Shown: positions 35,720 to 45,949 of the stretch, piece by piece | Layout of the letters: each line of letters starts with the position of its first letter | Numbering within the stretch: the stretch's first letter is position 1 | Assembly: GCA_050246815.1 (NCBI GenBank) | Contig: JBFWVI010000010.1 | Span: forward strand, 2,293 to 66,292 | Source: Bdellovibrionales bacterium | GTDB lineage: Bacteria; Bdellovibrionota; Bdellovibrionia; Bdellovibrionales; UBA1609 | Reading direction: 5' to 3' | DNA length: 64,000 nt | Made by a program: the position numbers and the translations under genes | Notes under the pieces: model-generated | What the model saw: only the letters and a program-made list of their open reading frames with translations | Databases searched by the model: none | What the model was told of the DNA's origin: nothing

Positions 35720-38191
35720 ATGATTCAAAAAAGTACGATTTTTCGCGTTCTTGCAAGCGTTGTCGCTTTATCCGTTATCGTCTTTGCCTTTCAGAATTGT
35801 GGCGGATTTACGGCCATCTCGAATTCGGGTTTGTCTTCGTTTGCTTTTGAGAACCAATACGAATCGGTGGACTGGGCACCATTCCAACAGGCAACCCAAG
35901 ATTTGGGCCTTAATTTTCAAAATAATATGCAACTGTACTATTGGAACAACAGCGAAGCTTTGCTTTCTTTACGCACCGGCCTTTATCGTTACAATCCGAT
36001 CAGTAAAACGGCCGCCACGCTGATCTTAAGCGCCAATTATCGAAGCATTGGTATTCCGATGATGTTTCCGCAGTTCGGGCGTGTGGCCGTGCAAACGCTC
36101 GCGCTCGATGAGACCTTCCCACGCCTGACTATTGTGAATGCCGCGAACGGAGCTGTGGTCTTTCGCTCTGAGCAGATTATTCCCGGAACCTGCCGCTACA
36201 ATCCGGCTGAGACCGAATTTGGCAAAGTGTTGTGTGTCACCATCCATCCCACCGACGCTAACAATGGCCAGTTTGCCATCGTCAACATCCGAGACTTGAA
36301 CATTAAAAAGATGGCTCTTTCGGTCGCGGGGCACAATGTTGTGACCGCTGCCACAGGAACCGTGCTGTTTGATCAGGGCAGCTCAACATATGTCTTGAAC
36401 CGTGAAGACAAGGTCCTCACGGATTTTTTTGACACCACAACGACCACGCGTCGCTATTTTCTTTTTAGCGAAACGGTCGCCCAAGAGATTGATAGTGTCT
36501 TTGTTTATGATTATGCAGGCAACGGGACCCCTCAGGCCTATTCTGATTTCAGGGTGACCGCGCCTCGTGGGTATTTCAACGTCCCCGCCATCTGCGACAA
36601 TATGAGTTATCAAAGCCTTCAGTTTTCGCTATTTCGAAGCGGTCCTAATCAACGCAGTGGTGCACTTTGCGAAACCGGCGAGGCCTGGATTTTGGGGGTA
36701 CAAAATAATTTATTGAAGTGCACCTCGCCAACAGCCTGCACAGACTATGATTTGTCCACGAACTCGCTGCCTATGCTGGTCAACGCCAATGCAGGCAGCT
36801 ATTATACGGGCGTGATTTACTTAAGCGCAAGCCGCCATCTGTTAGTGCCGGTCAGCTTGGACTTTTACGGTGATGCTTTACTGACACAAATCAATATGGA
36901 GACAGAAGTCAAAGAGGTCATCAACTTGGGGCCGACTACACCTGATGAACAAGCCGTTATTCTGGACAATTTCGCATTCGTATTGAACTTGGATCAAGCC
37001 CGTCGCGACGCCAGTGGCGCGGTCTTGGGTTATCAACTTTATCTTTCGGATCGCGACCAGTTGTTTAATTTGCCGATCATTGCTAACTCCGGCAATTACA
37101 AAGTCACTTGGCTCAGTCACCGCCGGATCGGCACAACGGATTATTTGATTGGCAATCAAACTGTGGGTGGTGTAACCAGCACCCTGATTTATTCGACTGC
37201 CACGGGCCTAATAACTCGGCTGGCCGCCACTTGTGTCGGTAACGACAAGCAAAATGGTTCGCTGATTTTTTTGGAAACTCCAGGGTTGCTCGAAGAGTAT
37301 GACCTTGTCACCAATCAACGCCGAACTCTGGCCACTTTGGCCGCGAATCAGCGCACCGTCAGTGTACTTGCCGATGGTGACATCCGCATCATCTCGTCAT
37401 TTGGCGCCAACCAAAATCAAATTTTGGTGTACCGGGCGGGGACATTGGCAATCACCCACACCGAGCCCGGGCTGACCACGGCCATCCAGCTTTTAAAAGA
37501 CAAATCCGCGGTCATTCTTCACGTCAATACGGGCGGACTGGGCAGCGTCAGAAAATTGAGTTTTGCCACCAACACTGTCACGGCCTCGCAAGGCTGCAAC
37601 AATACGTACTGCCAACCTGAGCTCGTCGACACTGTCGTGGGCGAAGTGATTATTGACCGTGCCTCAGGACGAATTATGAACACCACAAACTTGGATGTTC
37701 TGGCGGATATGGAAGCGAATTTGGCGACCTCTGGTGCAAGGGCCGATCACTCAAGAACATCCGCTTATTTCTTAAATTTCACTCCTGGCGTCAACAACAG
37801 TTACACCTACACGCTACGCCGGTACGACTACGCCACTCGAGCTGCGACCACTGTGATCGACAACCAAGCCAACATCGGGCTGCTGGTGCTGAACGATTCA
37901 TACCTGATTACACGCAAGGTGAATGGCACCACGAATGCAGAAATCCACTTTGCCAATGGCCAAGTTCTTAACTTTAACGATATTAACAATGCCAGCCGCG
38001 GGCAAGGCCACTACATCATCAACCAAGATCGTGGCGGCAAACCCAACTTGGTGGTGAATGCGAAGACCGGAGTCGTCACGGAATTCCCTCTAACGCGATC
38101 CTTGGTCTACACCGTGAACCCCTTTGTTGCGGTGGCGCAGACCAGTTCCCCTTATCCAACCAAGTATTACTTCAAACGCCTACCGCAGTAA
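35720..38191 (+). CDS. large lipoprotein, 823 aa (hypothetical; beta-rich, Asn/Thr/Tyr-rich)
   Basis: Lipobox VFAFQNCGG. Long uninterrupted ORF with no recognisable catalytic motif. No clear SD. Confidence 0.7.
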   Translation: MIQKSTIFRVLASVVALSVIVFAFQNCGGFTAISNSGLSSFAFENQYESVDWAPFQQATQDLGLNFQNNMQLYYWNNSEALLSLRTGLYRYNPISKTAATLILSANYRSIGIPMMFPQFGRVAVQTLALDETFPRLTIVNAANGAVVFRSEQIIPGTCRYNPAETEFGKVLCVTIHPTDANNGQFAIVNIRDLNIKKMALSVAGHNVVTAATGTVLFDQGSSTYVLNREDKVLTDFFDTTTTTRRYFLFSETVAQEIDSVFVYDYAGNGTPQAYSDFRVTAPRGYFNVPAICDNMSYQSLQFSLFRSGPNQRSGALCETGEAWILGVQNNLLKCTSPTACTDYDLSTNSLPMLVNANAGSYYTGVIYLSASRHLLVPVSLDFYGDALLTQINMETEVKEVINLGPTTPDEQAVILDNFAFVLNLDQARRDASGAVLGYQLYLSDRDQLFNLPIIANSGNYKVTWLSHRRIGTTDYLIGNQTVGGVTSTLIYSTATGLITRLAATCVGNDKQNGSLIFLETPGLLEEYDLVTNQRRTLATLAANQRTVSVLADGDIRIISSFGANQNQILVYRAGTLAITHTEPGLTTAIQLLKDKSAVILHVNTGGLGSVRKLSFATNTVTASQGCNNTYCQPELVDTVVGEVIIDRASGRIMNTTNLDVLADMEANLATSGARADHSRTSAYFLNFTPGVNNSYTYTLRRYDYATRAATTVIDNQANIGLLVLNDSYLITRKVNGTTNAEIHFANGQVLNFNDINNASRGQGHYIINQDRGGKPNLVVNAKTGVVTEFPLTRSLVYTVNPFVAVAQTSSPYPTKYYFKRLPQ

Positions 38192-38364
38192 TGTGGACAA
38201 CTCTGTTGACAAGTTGTGGATCCAAATGTGGGTCCGCGCGCTGTCAACAAGCACAAAAAAAATTTAGGAATTTTTTCAGACCTCCATGGCCTGTGAACAT
38301 TTGTGAGCGGAATTTTAGGGAATGTCATTGCACCCGCATAAGCTTTGGGTACGCTAATCAGCTC

Positions 38365-39030
38365 ATGTCGACTTCAGGAAATTTGCCTCCACAGGCCTAC
38401 ACTCGGGAAGTGCTGATCAAAGCGTATGAGTGGTTGACCACTCAAACGCCCAATGTGCGTGAGCGCGCCACAAGCGCCGACGCCGTGGTCGCTTTGTATC
38501 TGCAAGCGCGCAGGCGAAATCCCAACACCGGCGAAGACACGCTGGGAAAATGGGAAACGCCGACCGCTGCAAGTGTTGAAGCTTTCAAAGCTGACTTGAG
38601 AAACCTGGCCGAAGGTCTTCGTCAATTCGAAGATCCCGCCGCCCCCCCACCACAACAAGCAACGGCAACGGTTCCAGCGGCCAGTGTGACTTCCCCACGG
38701 CCGCATGCGCCGCCTTTGCGGACGCCTGCTATGAATTCCGCGGCTGCAATAAATGACTGGGCCGATCCGGACGTGCCATCGGAACGTCCCAGTGTCGCGC
38801 CGGTTTGGCCCGCCACGCCGCTGCCCACGCCACCCACCCGTATGGCCACGCGCGAGCAAATGGAGCGGGGCTTGGCTTATCCGCCCGAGCCGCTGATTTT
38901 GGACAGCAAATCACAAAATTGGGTGCGCGAAGTGCAAAATCGCATGAATTTAAGTTCCGAAGCCGACGCCCTTCGCGCCATAATCGCCGTGGGCTACGAA
39001 CGGCTGCGCGACTTGCTGCCTCGCGCTTGA
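38365..39030 (+). CDS. hypothetical protein with a Pro-rich linker and a possible ribbon-helix-helix-like C-terminus
   Basis: Start at Met59 of the track ORF (MSTSGNLPPQAYTREVLIKAYEWL...). Central PAAPPPQQATATVPAA...PLPTPPT. C-terminal LILDSKSQNWVREVQNRMNLSSEADALRAIIAVGYERL has a strand-helix-helix pattern. Confidence 0.5.
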   Translation: MSTSGNLPPQAYTREVLIKAYEWLTTQTPNVRERATSADAVVALYLQARRRNPNTGEDTLGKWETPTAASVEAFKADLRNLAEGLRQFEDPAAPPPQQATATVPAASVTSPRPHAPPLRTPAMNSAAAINDWADPDVPSERPSVAPVWPATPLPTPPTRMATREQMERGLAYPPEPLILDSKSQNWVREVQNRMNLSSEADALRAIIAVGYERLRDLLPRA

Positions 39031-39094
39031 CAGAATTGACCCATTTTCAATAGGTTAGCGTTCAATATTATCCCTTCAAGCAAGGACAACTCGC

Positions 39095-41866
39095 TTGGCA
39101 AACGACTCAGACGCTGCCGCCCGCTACAAAGAAACAGTGGCTCTTCCGGTTACCGACTTTCCCATGAAAGCGAATCTGTCGCAGACAGAGCCCGCGCGAA
39201 TTAGCCAGTGGTTGAAAGACTGCATCTACGACAAGATGTTGGCAAAAAATAAGGGCAAGAAAAAGTTTGTGATGCCCGACGGCCCCCCCTACGCCAATGG
39301 CAACATTCACGTGGGCCATGTCTTGAACAAAGTTTTAAAAGACATTATCACCAAATACCGCAACATGGCCGGCTATTCGGCGCCCTTTATTCCGGGCTGG
39401 GACTGTCATGGTCTGCCGATCGAATTGAACGTCACCAAAGCGCTTGGCCCCAAGCGCGCCACCACTTCGGACACCGAGGTGCGCAAGCTTTGTCGCGACG
39501 AGGCCCTGAATTGGGTGGCCAAACAGCGCGACCAATTTCAACGCTTGGGTGTGTTTGCCGATTGGCCCCACCCCTACCTGACGTTAGACCCCGCCTATGA
39601 GGCCGAAGAAGTGCGGGTGCTAGCGCAAATTTTGGACAATGGCATCTTGTATCGTGGCGAAAAGCCTGTGAACTGGGATCCCGCACTGCAAACCGCATTG
39701 GCCGCTGCCGAAGTGGAATACAAAACCCACAAAAGTCCTTCAATCTATGTGAAGTTCGACCTGGATGCAGACGCGCTTAAAAAGTTGGGGCTAAAAAGCC
39801 CCGCCGCCGTGGTGATTTGGACCACCACTCCGTGGACTTTGCCCGCCAACTATGGTGTCAGCCTAAATCCGCACTTTGATTATGGCGCTTTCGAAACCTC
39901 TGCGGGCACAATTATTGTCGCCGAGGCTTTAGCTGAAAGCGTCGCCAAGGCCTGTGCTCTTGAGCTGAAAAAAGTGAAAAGTTTCAAGGGCTCTGATTTT
40001 GATCGCTTGAAAGCCCGGCATCCTTTTTTACCACGCGAATCTGTTTTGGTACTGGGTGAACACGTCACCTTGGAGGCCGGCACGGGATGCGTTCACACCG
40101 CCCCCGCCCACGGCATGGACGATTATATTGTGGGATCGAAGTATGGCTTGCCGGTAAAATCACCCGTGGACGCCGCAGGCAAATTCAGCAATGAAATGCC
40201 CGACATGGTGGGCTTGAGCGTTTGGGACGGCAACAAAGTGGTGATCGAAAAACTGAAGGTTTCAGGCCACCTTTTGTCGGTCACCGAACTTGAGCATCAA
40301 TACCCCTATGGGCCACGCTCAAAGAAGCCTTTGATTTTCCGCGCGACCCCGCAGTGGTTTATCCGCATGGATGACCCCAAATTCAATTTGCGCCAAAAGG
40401 CCATGAACGCCATTGAAAAACAAATCGAATTTGTGCCCGGCTGGGGTGTGCAGCGTCTGACTGGCATGATGAGCAACAGTCCCGATTGGTGTCTGAGCCG
40501 CCAGCGCGTGTGGGGCGTACCAATCCCCGTGTTCTATTGCAGTAAATGCGATCAACCACTGGTGAAGTCTTCGATCATGCGCAAAGTGGCCGACAAAATG
40601 GAGCAGACCCAAAAGGGCATCGAGGCCTATCATGACACGCCCGAAAACGAATTCACCGCAGGCGAAAAATGCGAAAAGTGTGGTGGCCACGAATTCAAAC
40701 GAGGCCGAGATATCTTGGATGTGTGGTTTGACAGCGGGGTCTGTCACACCGCCGTGCAACGCCGACGCCCCGAATTGGCCTTCCCGGCCGATATTTACAT
40801 TGAAGGCAGTGACCAGCACCGCGGTTGGTTTCAGACTTCGCTGACCTCAAGTTTGGCCGCCACTGGCGAACCCCCTTTTAAAACCTTAATCACCCATGGC
40901 TTCGTCAACGACGCCCAGGGCTTCAAGATGAGCAAAAGCCAAGGCAATGTGGTCGACCCCGCCGAAGTCATGAAAGATTCCGGCGCTGAGATCTTACGCA
41001 TGTGGGTGGCTTACGAAAACTTCGGCGACGATTTGACCATCAGCAAAGAAATGCTCACGCGCATCAGCGACACTTACCGTCGTTTTCGCAACACCATCCG
41101 CTTTTTGCTGGGCAACTTGGGCGACTTTGATCCCAGCAAAGACCGCGTACCCGTCGCCCAAATGCCAGAGCTAGACCGCTGGGCCTTAAACCAATTTGCC
41201 GAACTGATCCAAAAGTGCCGCGATGGCTACGATAAGTATGAGTTCTACAAGGTCTACCATAGCCTCAACAACTTCTTCACCGTGGAACTGTCCGCCACCT
41301 ATTTGGACATCTTGAAAGACCGCCTGTACACCGGCCGGCGCGATGGCCTTCCCCGCCGCTCTTCGCAGACGGTGATCTATGAACTCACCAAAGGTCTGTG
41401 TGGACTGCTGGCCCCCGTCGCCAGTTTTTTAGCCGAAGAGACCTATCAATATCTGCCCGGCCCTAAAAACGAGAGTGTGTTTTTGACCGACTTCCCTGAA
41501 GCCCCTAAAGAATGGCGCGATCCGCAATTGGCGGGCCGTTTCGCAAAGATCTTGGAGGTTCGTGCTGAGGTCAGTAAGATTCTAGAAGACCTGAGACGAC
41601 AAAAAGTGATTGGCGCGGGCCTTGATGCCAAGATCCAAATCACCGCCGAGGGCGAGACGCTGGCCGCCCTTGAGGGCTACCAAGGACGCTTAAGCGAACT
41701 GTTTATCGTCTCGCAATTGTCTTTAAGCCGTGGCGCACCCCTCAGGGTCGAAGCCCAAGCGGCCGAAGGAGAAAAGTGTGTGCGTTGTTGGCATTATGAC
41801 ACCAAAACCGGAACCAACGCCAAGTGGCCCGGCCTCTGCCCCAAGTGCGTTGAGGCCTTAAGCTGA
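39095..41866 (+). CDS. ileS: isoleucyl-tRNA synthetase
   Basis: HIGH-type PPYANGNIHVGH and KMSKS. CP1 editing domain. C-terminal Zn-finger CVRCWHY...CPKC. TTG start. Confidence 0.97.
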   Translation: MANDSDAAARYKETVALPVTDFPMKANLSQTEPARISQWLKDCIYDKMLAKNKGKKKFVMPDGPPYANGNIHVGHVLNKVLKDIITKYRNMAGYSAPFIPGWDCHGLPIELNVTKALGPKRATTSDTEVRKLCRDEALNWVAKQRDQFQRLGVFADWPHPYLTLDPAYEAEEVRVLAQILDNGILYRGEKPVNWDPALQTALAAAEVEYKTHKSPSIYVKFDLDADALKKLGLKSPAAVVIWTTTPWTLPANYGVSLNPHFDYGAFETSAGTIIVAEALAESVAKACALELKKVKSFKGSDFDRLKARHPFLPRESVLVLGEHVTLEAGTGCVHTAPAHGMDDYIVGSKYGLPVKSPVDAAGKFSNEMPDMVGLSVWDGNKVVIEKLKVSGHLLSVTELEHQYPYGPRSKKPLIFRATPQWFIRMDDPKFNLRQKAMNAIEKQIEFVPGWGVQRLTGMMSNSPDWCLSRQRVWGVPIPVFYCSKCDQPLVKSSIMRKVADKMEQTQKGIEAYHDTPENEFTAGEKCEKCGGHEFKRGRDILDVWFDSGVCHTAVQRRRPELAFPADIYIEGSDQHRGWFQTSLTSSLAATGEPPFKTLITHGFVNDAQGFKMSKSQGNVVDPAEVMKDSGAEILRMWVAYENFGDDLTISKEMLTRISDTYRRFRNTIRFLLGNLGDFDPSKDRVPVAQMPELDRWALNQFAELIQKCRDGYDKYEFYKVYHSLNNFFTVELSATYLDILKDRLYTGRRDGLPRRSSQTVIYELTKGLCGLLAPVASFLAEETYQYLPGPKNESVFLTDFPEAPKEWRDPQLAGRFAKILEVRAEVSKILEDLRRQKVIGAGLDAKIQITAEGETLAALEGYQGRLSELFIVSQLSLSRGAPLRVEAQAAEGEKCVRCWHYDTKTGTNAKWPGLCPKCVEALS

Positions 41867-42369
41867 TGGTCGAGCGCAAATATCTTATTTTGGGCGCCGT
41901 TGCCGCGCTGATCGTGGCGGTTGATCAACTGACGAAGATCTACATTCACACCAACTTCGAATTGGGTGAATACATCACGGTGATCGCAGACTACTTCAAC
42001 ATCACCTATGTGCGAAACACGGGCGCCGCTTTTGGTTTTTTACGTGATTCCCACGAAACCTTTCGCACCATTTTCTTTCTGTCGATGCCGCCGCTGGCGA
42101 TGGTTACGATTTTGGCCATCTTGCGTGGCGTAAGCAATGAAGACAAAGTGCAGATCACCGCGCTGTCGGGCATTTTTGGCGGCGCCATCGGCAACTATCT
42201 GGACCGACTGCGTTTTGGCTTTGTCGTCGACTTCTTGGACTTCCATTGGCAAAACAAATATAGCTTTCCCGCTTTCAACGTTGCAGATTCCGCCATCGTG
42301 GTGGGTGTCGCCGTGCTGCTGTGGCTGATGCGTAAATCACCCGAAAGCCCCAAGGAGTCCTCCGGGTGA
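41866..42369 (+). CDS. lspA: lipoprotein signal peptidase II
   Basis: 167 aa with 4 TM segments. NTGAAFG and FNVADSAI motifs. Follows ileS, as in many bacteria. Confidence 0.93.
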   Translation: MVERKYLILGAVAALIVAVDQLTKIYIHTNFELGEYITVIADYFNITYVRNTGAAFGFLRDSHETFRTIFFLSMPPLAMVTILAILRGVSNEDKVQITALSGIFGGAIGNYLDRLRFGFVVDFLDFHWQNKYSFPAFNVADSAIVVGVAVLLWLMRKSPESPKESSG

Positions 42370-43064
42370 GCCAGATTCCAATCTGGATTCTGACCTTAAG
42401 CCTGACCATGACTGTCGCTTTATTTTGGATCAACTCGCGCGCCGCACGGCAACGCCTGCTGCGCAGCCAAGCTCTGGATCTGGCGCTTTGGATGATGATC
42501 GGAGCGGTGTTGGGTGGCCGCCTGATGCATGTGCTGTACGAACAGCCTCAGTACTACCTGGATGAGCCACTTGCATTTTTCAAAATCTGGCAGGGGGGCT
42601 TTGTTTTTTATGGTGGCTTGTTTGGTGCCTTCGGACTGGGCTATTGGTGGTCGCGCCGCTACGAAGTTGCACCACTACGTTGGGCCGATTTTTTTGCCCC
42701 CGTCGCCGCACTCACCTATGCCATGGGACGCTTAGGCTGTTTTTTTAACGGTTGTTGTTACGGCCGCTATTGCGAACTGCCCTGGGCCATTCATGAACGA
42801 CACCCAACCCAGCTTTATGCCACCATCTTCGAACTCGGCACCCTGATGGTGTTGCTATGGCTTGAACGAAAACCGAAACGCCCCTTGGGTTTAGTTTTTT
42901 TCACATGGTTGGTGCTGCACGGAACCGGTCGTCTCATTATGGAATACTTCCGCGCCGATGATCGCGGCCCGATGCCACTGGGCCTTTCGATCAGTATATG
43001 GATCAGTTTGATACTGATTGGGCTTGGACTTTTTCAACTCAAAAAAGTTCGCGTCTCAAATTAG
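42366..43064 (+). CDS. lgt: prolipoprotein diacylglyceryl transferase
   Basis: GGRLMHVLYE, WQGGFVFYGGL and GRLGCFFNGCCYG motifs. GTGA overlap with the lspA stop. Confidence 0.92.
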   Translation: MSQIPIWILTLSLTMTVALFWINSRAARQRLLRSQALDLALWMMIGAVLGGRLMHVLYEQPQYYLDEPLAFFKIWQGGFVFYGGLFGAFGLGYWWSRRYEVAPLRWADFFAPVAALTYAMGRLGCFFNGCCYGRYCELPWAIHERHPTQLYATIFELGTLMVLLWLERKPKRPLGLVFFTWLVLHGTGRLIMEYFRADDRGPMPLGLSISIWISLILIGLGLFQLKKVRVSN

Positions 43065-43181
43065 CACGACGATTTTTTCGACAAGAGTTAGATAATTTGG
43101 CGGTTTAGTCTGTGGAGTACATTCCAAAGTGTCTGGGGCTGGCATCTCCCTTGTATTGTTTAACGCCAACGGGGGAGTTAT

Positions 43182-44330
43182 ATGCGCTCATCGAGCGGTT
43201 ACTTCGGCAAATCTATGATCTCACTACTGGCGGGTTTAGGGCTGGCTACGGCCATGAGCTTTAACTCATGTTCAGATGTGGAGTTCTCCGACGCCCTGTC
43301 TTCCAATACTAAAGTGCCCCCGGGCGGCTTGTGTCTACCTGGAAGCCAAGCCTCGGGTTGTATCCCGCCACCACCGCCCCGCTTGGTGGATTATGACGAC
43401 ACTTTTACGGTCCCGGCCTCTTCAAGCAAAGTTGATATCTTATTAGTTTTAGACAATTCGGGTTCAATGCGACAAGACCTGACCAAGTTAGGTGAACGCA
43501 TGGACGGCCTCATTGCGATTTTAGATAACGGTGGAGTGGACTGGCAAATGTGTCATACGCTAACAGATGGCTCTGGCGCGACCCGCGACTGGGCTTTGCC
43601 CCAAGGTGTGGCCAACCGCAAACTTCTTTTGCCTTCCACGGTGAACAAAGCCCAAATATTATTTAACACCTTGGATACATTGCAAGACAACGGTAGCGGC
43701 AATGAGCAAGGCATTGTGGCGATTCGTAATGCGCTTTCGGCCTCAGCTAATGCCAGTTGCTTTCGCGCCGATGCGGCACTTTCTGTGGTGCTGATCTCGG
43801 ATGAAGATGAAAAAAGCTGCGGTGGGCGGTGCTTAGATTGGATCAGCTCTGAAATCCCGACCGCCACTCAGTACCGCGAGGCCAGCAGCTACCGCGACCA
43901 GTACCGTGACTTGGCCGCCGAAGACGACCCGCAAGGTCTAGTGAATTTCGTGAAGAGCACTTTCAACAATAAGACCTTCATCAACCACTCGATCGTCATC
44001 AAGCCTGGTGATGCCGCTTGCTATGACGAACAAGATCAAAACAACCCGGGTTTCTTTGGTGTGCAGTACTCTCGCCTGCAGGCTTTGACCGGTGGTATCT
44101 TGGGAAGCATCTGCGCCGCCAGCTATGCCGATCAATTGACTGCCATGGGACAACGCACTCGTGACGCCATCAACTCAGTCACCCTGCGCTGTGCGCCGGT
44201 CAGTGCGCCCACAGTGACGATTTCGCCGGCCACCGCCGCCACTTGGTCGGTCAGCGGCAACAAGATCATCTTCTCGATGCCGGTTCTGGAAGGCACGCAA
44301 GTTCGCGTGCGCTACACTTGCGCGGAATAG
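43182..44330 (+). CDS. lipoprotein with a von Willebrand factor A-like domain
   Basis: GGGGGAG SD. Lipobox MSFNSC. MIDAS-like VDILLVLDNSGSM. Downstream SVVLISDEDE. Confidence 0.65.
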   Translation: MRSSSGYFGKSMISLLAGLGLATAMSFNSCSDVEFSDALSSNTKVPPGGLCLPGSQASGCIPPPPPRLVDYDDTFTVPASSSKVDILLVLDNSGSMRQDLTKLGERMDGLIAILDNGGVDWQMCHTLTDGSGATRDWALPQGVANRKLLLPSTVNKAQILFNTLDTLQDNGSGNEQGIVAIRNALSASANASCFRADAALSVVLISDEDEKSCGGRCLDWISSEIPTATQYREASSYRDQYRDLAAEDDPQGLVNFVKSTFNNKTFINHSIVIKPGDAACYDEQDQNNPGFFGVQYSRLQALTGGILGSICAASYADQLTAMGQRTRDAINSVTLRCAPVSAPTVTISPATAATWSVSGNKIIFSMPVLEGTQVRVRYTCAE

Positions 44331-44470
44331 GGTCCAGTTCAGCGTCGAACAAGAACCTCTGCTCATGATCGGTCGCGTATCTATGTGTATGTACAATTTC
44401 GCGGCTGGGTGTCTGAAATTTCAGAATGATTTCGAAGGGTCGCTTCAAGTTATTGCCCCTCTATCCAAAG

Positions 44471-44734
44471 CTATCGGCCTAGTTCTTCATCAGTCTTGAA
44501 TCGATTGGCGTACCCCTTGCGAACCAAAGTGACAAGCAAAACCGATCTGGACTGAATCAAGGGTATCAGTCTGGGGCTGCCGTGAAATGTACTCTGGCGA
44601 GTTCCGGCGACGCGCGCTCGCGCCTCTTCTGAGATCAACATTGTTTCGCCCCTTTGAGCATGAATCCGAATCGGGCGGCCATCTTGATCCAAGACGTCCG
44701 CCCACGAGCCAAGTTTAAAGTCGTTGAAAATCAT
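44471..44734 (-). CDS. hypothetical protein (87 aa)
   Basis: An ORF with ATG 44734 is the only long frame in a 530-bp gap. No motif recognised. Confidence 0.3.
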   Translation of the reverse strand: MIFNDFKLGSWADVLDQDGRPIRIHAQRGETMLISEEARARVAGTRQSTFHGSPRLIPLIQSRSVLLVTLVRKGYANRFKTDEELGR

Positions 44735-44864
44735 CACAGGCCGCAAATCGTCACTTCAAGTAACATTTTCAAGCTTTTAGTTTCTGTGGCTGCTGATTAA
44801 ATCGAACCTATTTGTTTTAAAGGGGCACGAGCCTTGAAATAATTGAACTTTGAAGAGGTGTTTT

Positions 44865-45602
44865 ATGAAATCGAAAACATGGTTGATTTTAAGTGCCCTG
44901 CTGATGAGCGCAAGCCTGGTTGTGGCCTGCGGTGAAAGCAGCAAAGGTTCGTCAGCCGCCAACAACCCCGGCGTGGCCTCTTGCACACAAGCCGGTCAGG
45001 TTTACTTGGCTCAATACAATATGTGCTACTCGAACACCAATTGCACCCACTTAGGGCCTAACTACGGGTGGGTCCCCCAATTGAACCAATGCGTGGCTGG
45101 TGTGATCGGCGGCGGCGGTACCGGTGGCATCCCCGGCGTGGGCAATCGTCACCTGTGGAGTGGCACAATCCAATTCACCGGCGGTGGCCAAGGCGTTTAT
45201 CAACAGATGATGAAAGACGTCGGCATTTGCGGCGGAGGTCATTTGAACAGCTGGAGCTACTTAAACTGCGACCAATGGAACGATCGCGCTGAAGTGGCTT
45301 TTGAAGTCATGAGCAATGGCACCATCCCGGCCTATGGGTATGTGGATGTGACTTCGTTCAATGATTACAATGCCTATTTGCCCTACACCTTCACCTATCA
45401 AGGTAACGTCAGCCCGATCAACATCAACACTGGCTTTGAACTTCAAGCCATGGGTTATGGCACGGGCTACAATAAGGTTTTCCAGGCGCAAGGCAACGTG
45501 GGTGCCCTATTAGTAGGCAGCTCACTTTTGCAGCAGTACCGCTTATCCTTGATTTATGGTGGTCAAGAGATCGGTTACGCCACAGTCTTTTTGCGATATT
45601 AA
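44865..45602 (+). CDS. lipoprotein (hypothetical), Gly-rich N-terminal linker
   Basis: AGAGG SD upstream of ATG 44865. Lipobox SLVVACG. GGGGTGGIPGVG linker. C-terminal ...ATVFLRY. Confidence 0.6.
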   Translation: MKSKTWLILSALLMSASLVVACGESSKGSSAANNPGVASCTQAGQVYLAQYNMCYSNTNCTHLGPNYGWVPQLNQCVAGVIGGGGTGGIPGVGNRHLWSGTIQFTGGGQGVYQQMMKDVGICGGGHLNSWSYLNCDQWNDRAEVAFEVMSNGTIPAYGYVDVTSFNDYNAYLPYTFTYQGNVSPININTGFELQAMGYGTGYNKVFQAQGNVGALLVGSSLLQQYRLSLIYGGQEIGYATVFLRY

Positions 45603-45626
45603 AAAATATTAGCTATATTGTCGGGC

Positions 45627-45860
45627 ATGGCTGAGCGCGAAATCAAATGCCCGACCTGTGGCAAAATCACCACTTATTCTCCGCAAAATCCCCACCGTCC
45701 GTTTTGTTCGGAGCGCTGTCAGACCTTGGATTTGGGTGAGTGGGCTTCAGAAAAACGAGCCATTCCTGGCGAGCACGTAAAACCCGAAGACGAAGTCAAT
45801 CAAAATCAAAATAATGACGATGAAGAACCCGAGCCACCGCCGCGCCATCACTTAAATTAA
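45627..45860 (+). CDS. yacG: DNA gyrase inhibitor YacG (zinc finger)
   Basis: CPTCGK...PFCSERCQTLDLGEWASE. Acidic C-terminal tail. Confidence 0.85.
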   Translation: MAEREIKCPTCGKITTYSPQNPHRPFCSERCQTLDLGEWASEKRAIPGEHVKPEDEVNQNQNNDDEEPEPPPRHHLN

Positions 45861-45949
45861 AATTCTGATTGACGAGAAAATGGGCTGTGGTTTTGAATCA
45901 CTCTTACGCAATTTCTAACAACCATCTAGTTCAAGCATATGGGGGACTA

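Noticed and set aside
38191-38364. N-terminal 58 codons of track ORF 38191..39030, and a lacO-like TTGTGAGCGGA at 38301-38311
   Set aside because: The extension is Cys/Arg-rich and overlaps the upstream gene's stop. The 11-nt lac-operator match lacks the symmetric half-site and is most likely coincidence.
44471-44746. The small minus-strand ORF as a MazF/PemK-like toxin or other TA component
   Set aside because: The only resemblance is vague (RPVMIFNDF). There is no partner ORF and no conserved toxin motifs. I kept it only as a low-confidence hypothetical CDS.
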